Below, piece by piece: positions 50,464 through 60,140 of a DNA stretch of 64,000 nucleotides (the stretch's first letter is position 1; each line of letters opens with the position of its first letter). Source of the stretch: an uncultured virus (IMG/VR IMGVR_UViG_3300023109_001853) (taxonomy: Duplodnaviria > Heunggongvirae > Uroviricota > Caudoviricetes); the IMG/VR virus record IMGVR_UViG_3300023109_001853; one strand, 5' to 3'. The translations under genes and the position numbers were made by a program. The notes below the pieces were generated by a model. The model worked only from the letters and a program-made list of their open reading frames with translations, had not been told where the DNA came from and made no database searches.

Positions 50464-50497
50464 AGGTGTAAAATTATTTACACCTTGGGGTTAAATA
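50464..50497 (+). promoter_or_regulatory. palindrome AGGTGTAAA-N4-TTTACACCT abutting a TAAATA late promoter
   Basis: Contains TGTAA-N6-TTACA, the CRP/FNR-family spacing. Confidence 0.55.
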
Positions 50498-50542
50498 CTA
50501 AAGTATAGGAATAAGGGTTATATCTATACGAAGGGGGCAATC

Positions 50543-51196
50543 ATGTCAAACAGAATAAACAAAATTAGTCTAGCATTGCTAGTCTCACTGCTCGGGACAA
50601 CAGCAGCATGGGCCAGTGATGTTTATATAGATCAGGCTGGTTCGACCAGTACTATTGATATCACCCAGACAGGTGACGGCAACACTGTTGGTAGTGCAGG
50701 CACAGCCAGTACAATCACAGGTGACAACTCAGATGTTGATATTACGCAAACAGGTGCAACAAACATAGCCGATGTGTCATCGTCAGTAGGTACTAGCGGT
50801 ACTACATTAGATTATACTGCAACAGGTAGTAGTAACATATTAGCAGCCGAAATTGACGGTGCAGCAGATACTAAACTTACTGCTACTATTACAGGCGACA
50901 GTAACGAGCTAACACTATGTGGAACACTTGCAACTGATGCGGCATCAGCCGCAAGCGCAACTTGTGCAACTGGTGTACAAGCAGATACAACAGACAGTAC
51001 AGTTGCAATTACAGGTAGCAGTAATAAGGTAGCAATAGCAGCCGGTGCAGCAAGTGCAGTAAATAACATCACAATTGGCGGGAATGTTGCAAGTGGCTTT
51101 AACATAGTTAACCTAAAGCAATCTGGTTCAGACACTCCAAATGTTACACTCAACATGGACGGTGATAGCAATGCCGTTAATATCATACAAAACTAA
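50543..51196 (+). CDS. secreted curlin-repeat (CsgA/B-like) protein
   Basis: Signal peptide; repeats such as YIDQAG, IDITQTGDGN, VDITQTGATN, ITGDSN, ITGSSN, MDGDSN. Confidence 0.8.
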   Translation: MSNRINKISLALLVSLLGTTAAWASDVYIDQAGSTSTIDITQTGDGNTVGSAGTASTITGDNSDVDITQTGATNIADVSSSVGTSGTTLDYTATGSSNILAAEIDGAADTKLTATITGDSNELTLCGTLATDAASAASATCATGVQADTTDSTVAITGSSNKVAIAAGAASAVNNITIGGNVASGFNIVNLKQSGSDTPNVTLNMDGDSNAVNIIQN

Positions 51197-52283
51197 AATA
51201 CTCGCAATCGGGTTAATGGCGCTTTTATTAGCGCCTAATTCAATGTCTGCGAATGTAGGTAAAGTTACAAAACAAATTGGAGAAGATGCAAGCATTTCAA
51301 GAGATGCTGATACAATCATAACCGGTGAAGGCACAGGCATTAATATGAATGATGCTATCACTACTTCTAAAGCCAAACTAGAACTTACATTTGATGACAA
51401 TACCAAAGTATCAATAACACGACAAAGTAAACTAGTGATTGATGACTTTGTATATGATGCAAACAGTGGTGCAGGTAAACTAGCAATGAATGTAGCAATG
51501 GGCACAGTGCGTTATGCATCAGGTGCTATTGCTAGAAACAGTAGAGAAAACGTTAGACTACGAACACCTACAGCAACTATCGCAGTACGTGGAACAGACT
51601 TTACTATGACAGTAGATGAAATAGGACGCAGTCTTGTTATCCTACTACCTACTTGTCCTGAGCCCGATGAACCTGCAACATGTTTTACAGGCGTAATTGA
51701 AGTTAGTACTGATGTGGGCATGGTTGTTCTAAATCAAGCGTTCCAAGCAACTGTTGTTGCTAGTGCTACATCTGCTCCTACTAAGCCAAAGATTATCGAT
51801 ATACTAGAACAAAATATTGACAATATGCTTATTATTAGTCCACCGCCTGAGTTGCCAGGTGGCATGGCATATATTGACCAAGCAGCAGAAAGTAGTTTTT
51901 TAGAAGACGATGCATTTATCTTTGAAGAATTAATTGCAGAATACTTAACAGCCGACGAATTAAGATATAGTGAACTTGACATTGACTACTTAGGTGGAGA
52001 GTTTCTAGATAATATACTTGACTTAACCAATATGTTATCCAACGACGAATTAAGTTCAGACCCTGTACTACCAAACATACACAACTTTAAAGGATATATA
52101 CAATATAGTTATAACGAAGAAGTTATATATTTAAGGGCAGAACGTCCGCCGCACGTTGCACAAGTTAATGTAGATCGGTGGACATACGGATTTGTAAATA
52201 TAGCACAGGATGGTATTATTGCGCCATTACAAATCAACGATGGAGGTACAGATGTTATCATCAATATTACGCAGTCTGAGTAG
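51171..52283 (+). CDS. FecR-domain periplasmic protein
   Basis: Signal peptide; D.I.T..LTFDDNT.V..SKLVIDDFVYD..GTVRYASG..RTPTATIAVRGTDF. Confidence 0.88.
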   Translation: MPLISYKTKILAIGLMALLLAPNSMSANVGKVTKQIGEDASISRDADTIITGEGTGINMNDAITTSKAKLELTFDDNTKVSITRQSKLVIDDFVYDANSGAGKLAMNVAMGTVRYASGAIARNSRENVRLRTPTATIAVRGTDFTMTVDEIGRSLVILLPTCPEPDEPATCFTGVIEVSTDVGMVVLNQAFQATVVASATSAPTKPKIIDILEQNIDNMLIISPPPELPGGMAYIDQAAESSFLEDDAFIFEELIAEYLTADELRYSELDIDYLGGEFLDNILDLTNMLSNDELSSDPVLPNIHNFKGYIQYSYNEEVIYLRAERPPHVAQVNVDRWTYGFVNIAQDGIIAPLQINDGGTDVIINITQSE

Positions 52284-53583
52284 TGCCTTGTTGGTACTAT
52301 GCTTTGCTACAAGTGCAATGGCTAATGATGTATTCATATATTATAAAAATAGTGGCACTGATGCTACTACAAGCCAGTACAATAATTTAAAAAGTATATT
52401 AGAAAATTTAGGCTTTACTGTATCAAGTAGCACAAGTGGTACAGTTAGTTCAACAGATGTATCAGGCCAAGATTTAGTTATTGATATGACAGGCACTTCT
52501 AATTGTGGTAGTAATTGTAAATCAGTGTATGATAGCTATGTAAGTGGCGGCGGTAAATTAGTTATAGCAGGAGTCAACGGCGCAAGCAACAGAAATACTA
52601 GTATAGAAGCACTGATCGAAACTAAGATGAGTGTGGGCAGTTTTACTCTAGGTGGTGGATGTAATGCCTGTTACTATTCAGTTGCAAAAGGTGACTATGC
52701 AAGTAGCACAGCAAGCGAAAATACTTTGCCAGGTCCAGACAAATACATGACAGGTGTGACTGGTGGTACAACAGTAGCCGCTATGTCGGTCACTAATAAT
52801 AATATTTCAAATTGGCACAAATGGGACTATGGTACAAATGGTGGTGCAGTGTACGTGACATTTGGTTATGGACAATTTCTTTCAAGTCACACATATGCAA
52901 ATAATATGGTTATATTCGTTACAGCTATAATGGTAGAGGAAGGGTTGTATACTACTAATACTTCTTCCTCTCCCCCCACACCAGTATACGGATCAAGCGC
53001 ACCAACAACAGCACAGCAATCTAGGATGGATTCAAAACTTGCACTAGCTGCTCAAGGACAGGACAATACTGTTGAAGCATCAATATTCGGCGATGATAAT
53101 GATATAAACATTACACAAGCAGGCGGACCGAGCTACATACTTCTTTCTATTCTCGGCAATCAAAACCAATTCGAAGCTACACAGAATATGAGCGGTGGTG
53201 CTATGGCATATAATGAAACGACTATAATCGGCGATACCAACGATGTTGATATAATACAACAAGGTACCGGCGACAAAGCAGCATTTGTTAATATAATCGG
53301 CGACAGCAACACAGCAAATATTAATCAAAAAGACAGTGGCACTCACTTTGTTGATCTTTCTATTGAAGGCGACAATCATCTAGTAGATATACTACAAGAA
53401 GGCGCTGGCGACCATGCTGCTACAGTAGAGCTTGATGGCACACAACCTTGGAACTTTGATCTAACACAAAGTGGCAACACTAGCCAAACTTATACACTAC
53501 CACACGCAATGAGTGACGGCAGCAGTGTAAGCGGAACTTGTATGGCTATCGGCGGATGTAATATAACTGTAATACAAGAATAA
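52252..53583 (+). CDS. secreted protein: alpha/beta N-terminal domain plus C-terminal curlin repeats
   Basis: GGAGG RBS, signal peptide; IFGDDNDINITQ, IIGDTNDVDIIQQG, IIGDSNTANINQ, IEGDNHLVDILQEG. Confidence 0.8.
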   Translation: MLSSILRSLSSALLVLCFATSAMANDVFIYYKNSGTDATTSQYNNLKSILENLGFTVSSSTSGTVSSTDVSGQDLVIDMTGTSNCGSNCKSVYDSYVSGGGKLVIAGVNGASNRNTSIEALIETKMSVGSFTLGGGCNACYYSVAKGDYASSTASENTLPGPDKYMTGVTGGTTVAAMSVTNNNISNWHKWDYGTNGGAVYVTFGYGQFLSSHTYANNMVIFVTAIMVEEGLYTTNTSSSPPTPVYGSSAPTTAQQSRMDSKLALAAQGQDNTVEASIFGDDNDINITQAGGPSYILLSILGNQNQFEATQNMSGGAMAYNETTIIGDTNDVDIIQQGTGDKAAFVNIIGDSNTANINQKDSGTHFVDLSIEGDNHLVDILQEGAGDHAATVELDGTQPWNFDLTQSGNTSQTYTLPHAMSDGSSVSGTCMAIGGCNITVIQE

Positions 53584-53625
53584 ATACTGTTAGCAAAAGG
53601 GCATATTGCTAGAAAGTAGGGCGTA

Positions 53626-54108
53626 TTGATAGATCCATTTACAGCCGTAGCTGCGGCAACTACAGCGTTTAATACTGTAAAAAAATTCGTACACGCAGGA
53701 CAAGATTTTGAAAACTGTATGGGACAAATGGGCAAGTGGTACACTAATGTATCTGATTTCCGTAAAGGCCAGCAGATGCAAAAGAATCAACCAGTATTTA
53801 GAAAACTACTAGCCTCAGGCTCAGTCGAAGAAGAAGCACTCAATTTACTAATCCACGATAAGAAGGTTAGAGAAATGGAGAAAGAGTTACAGGCAATGCT
53901 TAACGCTCGATTTGGTTATAAAACCTGGGATGAACTTAAACAACTTCAGCGTAAGATCCGCGCAGACAGACAGAAGCAAATATACGATGCTGCTGAACGT
54001 AGGCAATCGTTTATAAACACTGTTGCGCTTTTTCTATTAATAGGAGCAATGATTTGCACAGTAGCTGGAATATTTTATTTTGTAGCATTAGCAAAAGGAA
54101 TGCTTTAA
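53626..54108 (+). CDS. hypothetical protein with C-terminal TM helix
   Basis: MIDPFTA N-terminus, coiled coil, TM; TAAATA at 53581. Confidence 0.75.
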   Translation: MIDPFTAVAAATTAFNTVKKFVHAGQDFENCMGQMGKWYTNVSDFRKGQQMQKNQPVFRKLLASGSVEEEALNLLIHDKKVREMEKELQAMLNARFGYKTWDELKQLQRKIRADRQKQIYDAAERRQSFINTVALFLLIGAMICTVAGIFYFVALAKGML

Positions 54109-54330
54109 ATGATACATGCTTTTATACTAATTGTTCTTATAGCTGATAAGCAAGAGCCATCGCCAATGTACTTTAGAAGTATTGATGTGTGTCAATATTA
54201 CGCGGCACGAATACCTAGACAGTATGGTAATTATGGAAACAAACATATGGTGCCTGCTGAACATAGAGTCACGGCATATTGTAAACCTAAGAAAGTCAAC
54301 CCACAAACTACTGTAGTATATGATAGGTAA
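54109..54330 (+). CDS. hypothetical protein
   Basis: AAGGA RBS; YF.SI..C..YA..AYC.P. Confidence 0.7.
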   Translation: MIHAFILIVLIADKQEPSPMYFRSIDVCQYYAARIPRQYGNYGNKHMVPAEHRVTAYCKPKKVNPQTTVVYDR

Positions 54331-54519
54331 ATATTGCTATGAAGCAGAGCAAAGTTTTAGAGAAAGAATTACAAGATTCAAAAAAACTCTTAGTGCATCG
54401 TCATCAAAGAACTCGTAAAAAAGTTCCAGAGCAGTATTGCCCAGTAATAACTTACGACGGAGTAACAAAGAACCCCGAGTATAAACAACGCCCAATACAG
54501 GGTTTTTAAAGGATTAAAA

Positions 54520-56556
54520 ATGAAAAGATTACTAAGCCCTTGGTGGGCATTAATAACACTAGGGATATTAGTATACGCATTTGCAAATCCAAGCAACTTC
54601 TTACAAAGTATCAAACTAAACTATTTTGATCAATTAATTGTTAACCAAGAACCAGTAGAGAATAATATCTATGTTGCAGAGATAGACGAAGCAGCATTAG
54701 AACTGTACGGACAGTATCCGTTTCCACGTAACATATACTCAGACATTATCAAAGACTTGTACGCTCGAGGAGCCGGATTAGTTGTATGGAATGTAATGAT
54801 GCCTGAAGTAGACAGACTAGGCGGTGATGCAGAACTAGCAGAAACTATGTTAGCATTGCCTGTTATACTTGCTAGTCGGCCTAGTGACAAAACAAAGAAC
54901 GAACCTATCAATCCAGGTGCAGCAATAATCAATTCAGATTACTTGGACACTATATTACCTTATGGAGGTATTATTGCAAACATACCTATACTTGAAAACA
55001 ACTCAGTAGGTGCAGGTATTGTAAGTACAGAGCCAGAGATAGATGGAGTAGTACGCCGTATGCCTACTGTTGCAGTTGTAGACGGAGTATTGTATCCAAG
55101 TCTAGCACTAGAAACATTACGTGTTATAGCAGGCGATCCTAGTTTCCAAATAAAATTAAGCCCAATTGGTATAGACAAAATGCGCATACCACAGTTTGGT
55201 GTTATACCTACAGACGCAGAAGGCAGAGTATGGATAGACTGGAGTCAGCGCAGTAAGAGTGTAAGTATAACAAACTTGCCCGCAGACCTAGAAGGCGCAG
55301 TTGTTATTGTCGATGTTACAGCAGCAGGTATTGCTAACCCTGTACCAACAGCACTAGGAGCGCAGTACGCAGGCACAACGCAAGCCGCAGTACTAGGCAC
55401 TATGTTTGCTGGCACTAACATACAACGTCCTGTGTGGTCACCGCAAGCAGAGCTATTATTACTTGCAATAGGCGGCTTGTTGCTTATCTTATTAAGTCGT
55501 TGGATGTTTGTAGGACTTGCTACAACTGTTGTACTAATAGGCGGAACTATACCTTACAGCATATACGCATATGCACACGAAAAAGTGTTACTAGATGTAA
55601 CAGCGCCAGTCATAGTGTTTGTTATAGTCGCATTGCAAGTATATGGTATCAAATTTGTACGAGAGTTCTTAGAGAAGCAAGCAATTAAGAAACAGTTCGC
55701 AGGATACGCATCACCAACTGTTGTGCGTTTGTTGCAAGAGAATCCTGCACTTATAAAAGACGGTATGAAGAAAGAAGTTTCAATTTGCTTCTCAGACCTA
55801 AGAGGCTTTACTCCACTAGGTGAATCATTTGGTGATGATGTTAAAGGCCTAACTAAAATTATGAACAACTATATGGATGCTATTACACAGCCTGTACTAG
55901 ATGCAGACGGAATGATAATCAAATATATTGGTGATGCAAGTATGCACGTACACAATGCACCAATTGATGACAAACACCACCCTCGTACAGCAGTACAGTG
56001 TGGATTAGATATGTTAAAAGCGGTGGAGAAATTTAATGATAAGATCACTTCTGAAGGAAGACCTCCCGTTGGTATGGGGGCAGGGATCAATACTGGACTT
56101 GGATACTTGGGTGAAATGGGAAGCACAGCTAGACACAGCTATGACGTATTGGGCGACTCGGTTTCAACGGCAGCAAGAATTGAAAGCAAGTGTAAAGAAT
56201 ACGGATGTTTGTTGCTCGTTGGAGAATCTACATACGAAGCAACAAGAACAGATTTCTTCTACCTCAAAGTAGATGACTTACAAGTTAAAGGTAAGAGTGT
56301 AGGACTTAAAATTTACACAGTTCTAGATAAAACATATCCTGCCTGGCGTAGTGCGCAGAAGAAACACGAGCAGATGCACGAAGATTATCGTGCGCAGCGT
56401 TTTGATGATGCTATAGACAAGTGTAAGATGTTGTATACACACTTTGATCACAAGATGGAAGGTTACTACGACATGTGGATTGAACGCTGTGAGTATATGA
56501 AAACACAGGACTTACCCAAAGACTGGAACGGCGTGTTTATTGCTACTTCGAAGTAG
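54520..56556 (+). CDS. CHASE2-domain class III adenylate cyclase
   Basis: TM, IDEAAL..YGQYPFPR, DGVVRRMP (CHASE2), 3 TM, FSDLRGFT, IKYIGDA, GAGINTG, YDVLGDSVSTAARIES, VKGK. Confidence 0.95.
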   Translation: MKRLLSPWWALITLGILVYAFANPSNFLQSIKLNYFDQLIVNQEPVENNIYVAEIDEAALELYGQYPFPRNIYSDIIKDLYARGAGLVVWNVMMPEVDRLGGDAELAETMLALPVILASRPSDKTKNEPINPGAAIINSDYLDTILPYGGIIANIPILENNSVGAGIVSTEPEIDGVVRRMPTVAVVDGVLYPSLALETLRVIAGDPSFQIKLSPIGIDKMRIPQFGVIPTDAEGRVWIDWSQRSKSVSITNLPADLEGAVVIVDVTAAGIANPVPTALGAQYAGTTQAAVLGTMFAGTNIQRPVWSPQAELLLLAIGGLLLILLSRWMFVGLATTVVLIGGTIPYSIYAYAHEKVLLDVTAPVIVFVIVALQVYGIKFVREFLEKQAIKKQFAGYASPTVVRLLQENPALIKDGMKKEVSICFSDLRGFTPLGESFGDDVKGLTKIMNNYMDAITQPVLDADGMIIKYIGDASMHVHNAPIDDKHHPRTAVQCGLDMLKAVEKFNDKITSEGRPPVGMGAGINTGLGYLGEMGSTARHSYDVLGDSVSTAARIESKCKEYGCLLLVGESTYEATRTDFFYLKVDDLQVKGKSVGLKIYTVLDKTYPAWRSAQKKHEQMHEDYRAQRFDDAIDKCKMLYTHFDHKMEGYYDMWIERCEYMKTQDLPKDWNGVFIATSK

Positions 56557-56740
56557 CTTCGTGTTTTAACAGCAGAGCATTAACTTCATCTGTTTTAATT
56601 AACCAACCGCTTTCGTTTACAATGAAAACATCGCCTGGTTTGTACAACCCTTTGTCCATTACTTCAGTTGGTGTATCACCTACAACTTTAAAGCCTCTAC
56701 CTCCTGGTATGCTATCAATAGTATAATCCATCCACATCAT
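56543..56740 (-). CDS. hypothetical protein
   Basis: Coupled to the upstream minus-strand gene. Confidence 0.6.
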   Translation of the reverse strand: MMWMDYTIDSIPGGRGFKVVGDTPTEVMDKGLYKPGDVFIVNESGWLIKTDEVNALLLKHEATSK

Positions 56741-57006
56741 ACTAGTTCTACCTTTCTTACGTTTGAAAATTTAAGTGCAAACAATGTTGCTTGTTTACTA
56801 TCTGGAACTTCTACATAGATATCGCAACGGCAATATATATCCCCTGGCATGGTTTGACTGCTACTACGCAACAGATGCCATTCCCAGTTGTTAGATTCTA
56901 CAGTTTTGTAAAGTTCGTCACCTAGTTCACGCCTTATCCATATGTGTTCCATGCTTTTGTGAGCGTGTGACCATTTGTACTCGCATTGTCCTAAATAATA
57001 CTTCAT
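56737..57006 (-). CDS. hypothetical protein
   Basis: 89 aa ORF in minus-strand operon. Confidence 0.65.
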   Translation of the reverse strand: MKYYLGQCEYKWSHAHKSMEHIWIRRELGDELYKTVESNNWEWHLLRSSSQTMPGDIYCRCDIYVEVPDSKQATLFALKFSNVRKVELV

Positions 57007-57014
57007 AAAAATAT

Positions 57015-57350
57015 TTATTTTTTAGGTGCAGGCTTTCCTGTAGAATTGAATGTTTCGCCGCGGCTTTGATATTTTACAATAGCTTCATCTAAGAACGCTT
57101 GCTGTTCTGGATTAAGACTGGCTCTATGCTCTAACACCATACTAAGTTTGCTGTTAAGTCTAATCATGTCGTTGTCTAACATACGCACACGATCAACAAG
57201 ACGTATAAGTGTACCCATGCTTTGTCCAATAACAGGATCGATAGTTTCAGTCACCCACTTCCAGATAAAGAATATGAAATATCCCATGCCCATCGCAGCA
57301 ATAACTGGAAAGCCAAAGTCTTTGATTGCACCTGCGATATCAATTTCCAT
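57015..57350 (-). CDS. single-TM coiled-coil protein (paralog of 57353)
   Basis: FGFPVIAA..GYFIF TM; DRVRMLDNDMIRL. Confidence 0.75.
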   Translation of the reverse strand: MEIDIAGAIKDFGFPVIAAMGMGYFIFFIWKWVTETIDPVIGQSMGTLIRLVDRVRMLDNDMIRLNSKLSMVLEHRASLNPEQQAFLDEAIVKYQSRGETFNSTGKPAPKK

Positions 57351-57352
57351 TG

Positions 57353-57631
57353 TCAGTCCCTTCGAGCATCGTCTTTGCCTTCATTAGCAGCTATCCTGTC
57401 AATGTTAGGTTTAACTCCAAGTGCGTAACTTAGTAGTGCATCTATCTTAACTAAATCGTTGTTCATAGTTTGTACACGATTGTCCAGCGATCCGATAATA
57501 CCATTCAGTGTTTTTACACTGTCTTCAACTCCGCCTAAGATAAAACTAAGTGTTAAAAAAACAAAATATCCAGCCGCTAATGCCCCAGCGATTGGAAATC
57601 CTACTTCACTTGCTAGTGTTAGAAAATCCAT
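57353..57631 (-). CDS. single-TM coiled-coil protein (paralog of 57015)
   Basis: VGFPIAGA..GYFVF TM; NRVQTMNNDLVKI. Confidence 0.75.
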   Translation of the reverse strand: MDFLTLASEVGFPIAGALAAGYFVFLTLSFILGGVEDSVKTLNGIIGSLDNRVQTMNNDLVKIDALLSYALGVKPNIDRIAANEGKDDARRD

Positions 57632-57688
57632 ATGTTCCCTCTTTGCCCTATACTATTATTTATATAAATATTATCAAGGGAGAGGGCA

Positions 57689-58219
57689 ATGAAATATTTA
57701 CTAGGCGCAACAGTTTTGGCGCTATCAGCCGCTTGCACAACACCGGGCAACAGTATAGAAAACCCCATATCAGAACCTAGACAAAAAATACGTGTAGGAT
57801 TAGATAATCCGGCAATTCGAGCATTTAAGTACATAGACTATACAGAACGCACACACAGAGCAGAACTTAGAGAACTTACAGGCATTGACCCTGTACGTAC
57901 AGAATGGTGTGCAGCTTTTATAAATGCCGTACTAGAAGAAAGCGACATTGTAAGTAATAACGATCACAAATATCCATTAACAGCAAGAGCGTTCCTGCAA
58001 TGGGGTGTCGAAGTATCAGAACCAGAGCCGGGTGATGTTGTTGTATTTCCAAGAGGCAACTCAAGTTGGCAAGGGCATGTTGGATTTTATTTAAAAGCTG
58101 AAGTTCTAAATGGAGTAGAGTACTATTGGATACTAGGCGGAAACCAATCTAATAAAGTTAGCATAGTAAGATATCGTGCGAGCAATGCATTAGGCATTCG
58201 TCGAGAATCTTCTATATAA
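57689..58219 (+). CDS. TIGR02594-like NlpC/P60/CHAP peptidoglycan hydrolase lipoprotein
   Basis: Lipobox-like SAAC; WCAAFIN, AR.F..WG, PGDVVVF.RG, GHVGF, LGGNQ. Confidence 0.9.
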   Translation: MKYLLGATVLALSAACTTPGNSIENPISEPRQKIRVGLDNPAIRAFKYIDYTERTHRAELRELTGIDPVRTEWCAAFINAVLEESDIVSNNDHKYPLTARAFLQWGVEVSEPEPGDVVVFPRGNSSWQGHVGFYLKAEVLNGVEYYWILGGNQSNKVSIVRYRASNALGIRRESSI

Positions 58220-58280
58220 AACAGTTGACATCTGCTGTAAATCGTGTATACTAGTAAAGTACTACAAGGAGACACACAGT

Positions 58281-58832
58281 ATGATTGAAGGATTTAAGCC
58301 ACCATGCGTGGTATTTCAAACTCGTGTTCGCGATGAAAGTATTGGCGGACCAAACCCATTTCGTTGGGAACAAGTAAACAGTGACGCATTGCTTACAGGC
58401 AAGCGTGTAGCAATCTTTAGTTTGCCAGGAGCATTTACACCTACTTGCTCAACATATCAACTTCCAGGCTTTGAAGCTAACTATGCTCGTATCAAAGAAG
58501 CAGGCGTAGACGAAGTGTATTGTATTAGTGTAAACGATGCGTTTGTAATGAACGCTTGGGCTAAACAGCAAGAGATTAAAAACGTAAAAGTTATTCCAGA
58601 TGGCTCAGGCAACTTTACTCGCTTTATGGGTATGTTGATTGGTAAGAACCATGTAGGCTTTGGCAATCGCAGCTGGCGCTATATGACAGTGATTAACAAT
58701 GGTGTTGTAGAGAAGTGGTGGCAGGAACCTGGCATTAACAACGACGGTACTGACGAAGATCCGTATGGTGAAACTACACCTGAGAATATGGTCGACTATC
58801 TCGAAAGTAAACTAGAAATTAGCATCGATTAA
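58281..58832 (+). CDS. peroxiredoxin (Prx5-like)
   Basis: FSLPGAFTPTCS, SVNDAFVMNAW, PDGSG.F, RSWRY. Confidence 0.96.
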   Translation: MIEGFKPPCVVFQTRVRDESIGGPNPFRWEQVNSDALLTGKRVAIFSLPGAFTPTCSTYQLPGFEANYARIKEAGVDEVYCISVNDAFVMNAWAKQQEIKNVKVIPDGSGNFTRFMGMLIGKNHVGFGNRSWRYMTVINNGVVEKWWQEPGINNDGTDEDPYGETTPENMVDYLESKLEISID

Positions 58833-58870
58833 AGGTTGACAAATGAAGTCCAGTCTGTTAGTATAGTATT

Positions 58871-59410
58871 ATGATTGAATATGAATATTACGACTGGACT
58901 TCTCTTATCAACGCTGATAGTAAACAGCGTATGGTAAAAGACATTGACTATTTGATTTCAAATGGTAGTTATTGGAAAAATAGTCCGCCCTACCAAACGG
59001 ACGTTAATATATTTGGGTTACCTACAACTGATTGGGTAAACCTTAAAATGAGTTTTATTTGGAGTTGCTTTGCGTATATGCAACAAGAGCGCCAAATTAA
59101 AACAGTTAAAAGCTGGGGATATCAAACTTGTCTTAAAACACAAGAAGATCGTAATAGATACTGGCACCAGCATATTAGAGAAGACTCTACAGTATTAAGT
59201 GGAGTATACTATTTGCATTTACCCCAAGGTGTAGACTTAACTACGTCTGGGACAGAGTTTGCACCAGACGGTGTAGAAGGCAATGGCAAATTCTTTGCCG
59301 AAGCACGTTTAGGAAACTGGATAATCTTTCCAGGCAAGAGCTGGCATCGTCCAGGAATATTACAATCAAACGAAAACCGCTACATTGTAGCAGCAGACAT
59401 GGAGTTTTAA
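58871..59410 (+). CDS. 2OG-Fe(II) oxygenase-like protein
   Basis: WHQH, LSGVYYL, GTEF, IFP..WH, RY.VA. Confidence 0.75.
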   Translation: MIEYEYYDWTSLINADSKQRMVKDIDYLISNGSYWKNSPPYQTDVNIFGLPTTDWVNLKMSFIWSCFAYMQQERQIKTVKSWGYQTCLKTQEDRNRYWHQHIREDSTVLSGVYYLHLPQGVDLTTSGTEFAPDGVEGNGKFFAEARLGNWIIFPGKSWHRPGILQSNENRYIVAADMEF

Positions 59411-59411
59411 A

Positions 59412-60140
59412 ATGGCAACCTCAGAACAAAAAGAAGAATTAGTAGAAACACTCAAAGGCCCACGCTTCTATAATATTCAACTAAATGGATACGGCGGCGA
59501 AAGTGCGTACATGAGTATTCCAAAAGAAGCACACGACTTTTGGCAACCACTCTGTGAAAAACACGGTGATTATGATTTAACCACTTACATGAACAGTGAT
59601 GGCGAGGAAGAAGACGAGTACGAAAACATTGAAAGCGTTCCACCAGAAGCACAGTTCTTGCATGATCCAGATCACGACAACTACAAGCGTCCTTGGTATG
59701 AGTCGCACACAGAGTTTGAACACTCAATGGGAGTCGAATGGAGTAGTGCATACATAGTAGTGGATGAAGTTGATTCAATGAAATACGATGCAAGTCATGT
59801 TGATAGCGTTATCGACGGCGAGAACTTGCAAGACATGCTCAACGAACTTGATGAAGCAAGTGGTTATGAACTTGAACCGGTTGTCATGGGCTGTGAAGAT
59901 GAAGCACCAGAAGGCACAGAATATATTGCACAGTTATACTCAAGCGAAAAAGGACAGTTCTTTAATGGTGTTATTGAAACTATAGGTGAGTTTGATATTA
60001 AGAAACTAAAAGTTTATACAACAGAATATTTAAACGGTGAAGACACTGTAACGTCAATTGAGTATGACGGTGTTGAAATTGAAAACGATGGTGGGGATAC
60101 TAACGGAAAAGGTTACTCTGCGAGTGTTTGGAGGTATTAA
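59412..60140 (+). CDS. acidic hypothetical protein
   Basis: GGAG RBS; very D/E rich. Confidence 0.8.
   Translation: MATSEQKEELVETLKGPRFYNIQLNGYGGESAYMSIPKEAHDFWQPLCEKHGDYDLTTYMNSDGEEEDEYENIESVPPEAQFLHDPDHDNYKRPWYESHTEFEHSMGVEWSSAYIVVDEVDSMKYDASHVDSVIDGENLQDMLNELDEASGYELEPVVMGCEDEAPEGTEYIAQLYSSEKGQFFNGVIETIGEFDIKKLKVYTTEYLNGEDTVTSIEYDGVEIENDGGDTNGKGYSASVWRY

Noticed and set aside
54520..56556. Pycsar/CBASS-type defence cyclase
   Set aside because: CHASE2 receptor architecture, adenine-type specificity residues and no adjacent cyclic-nucleotide effector.
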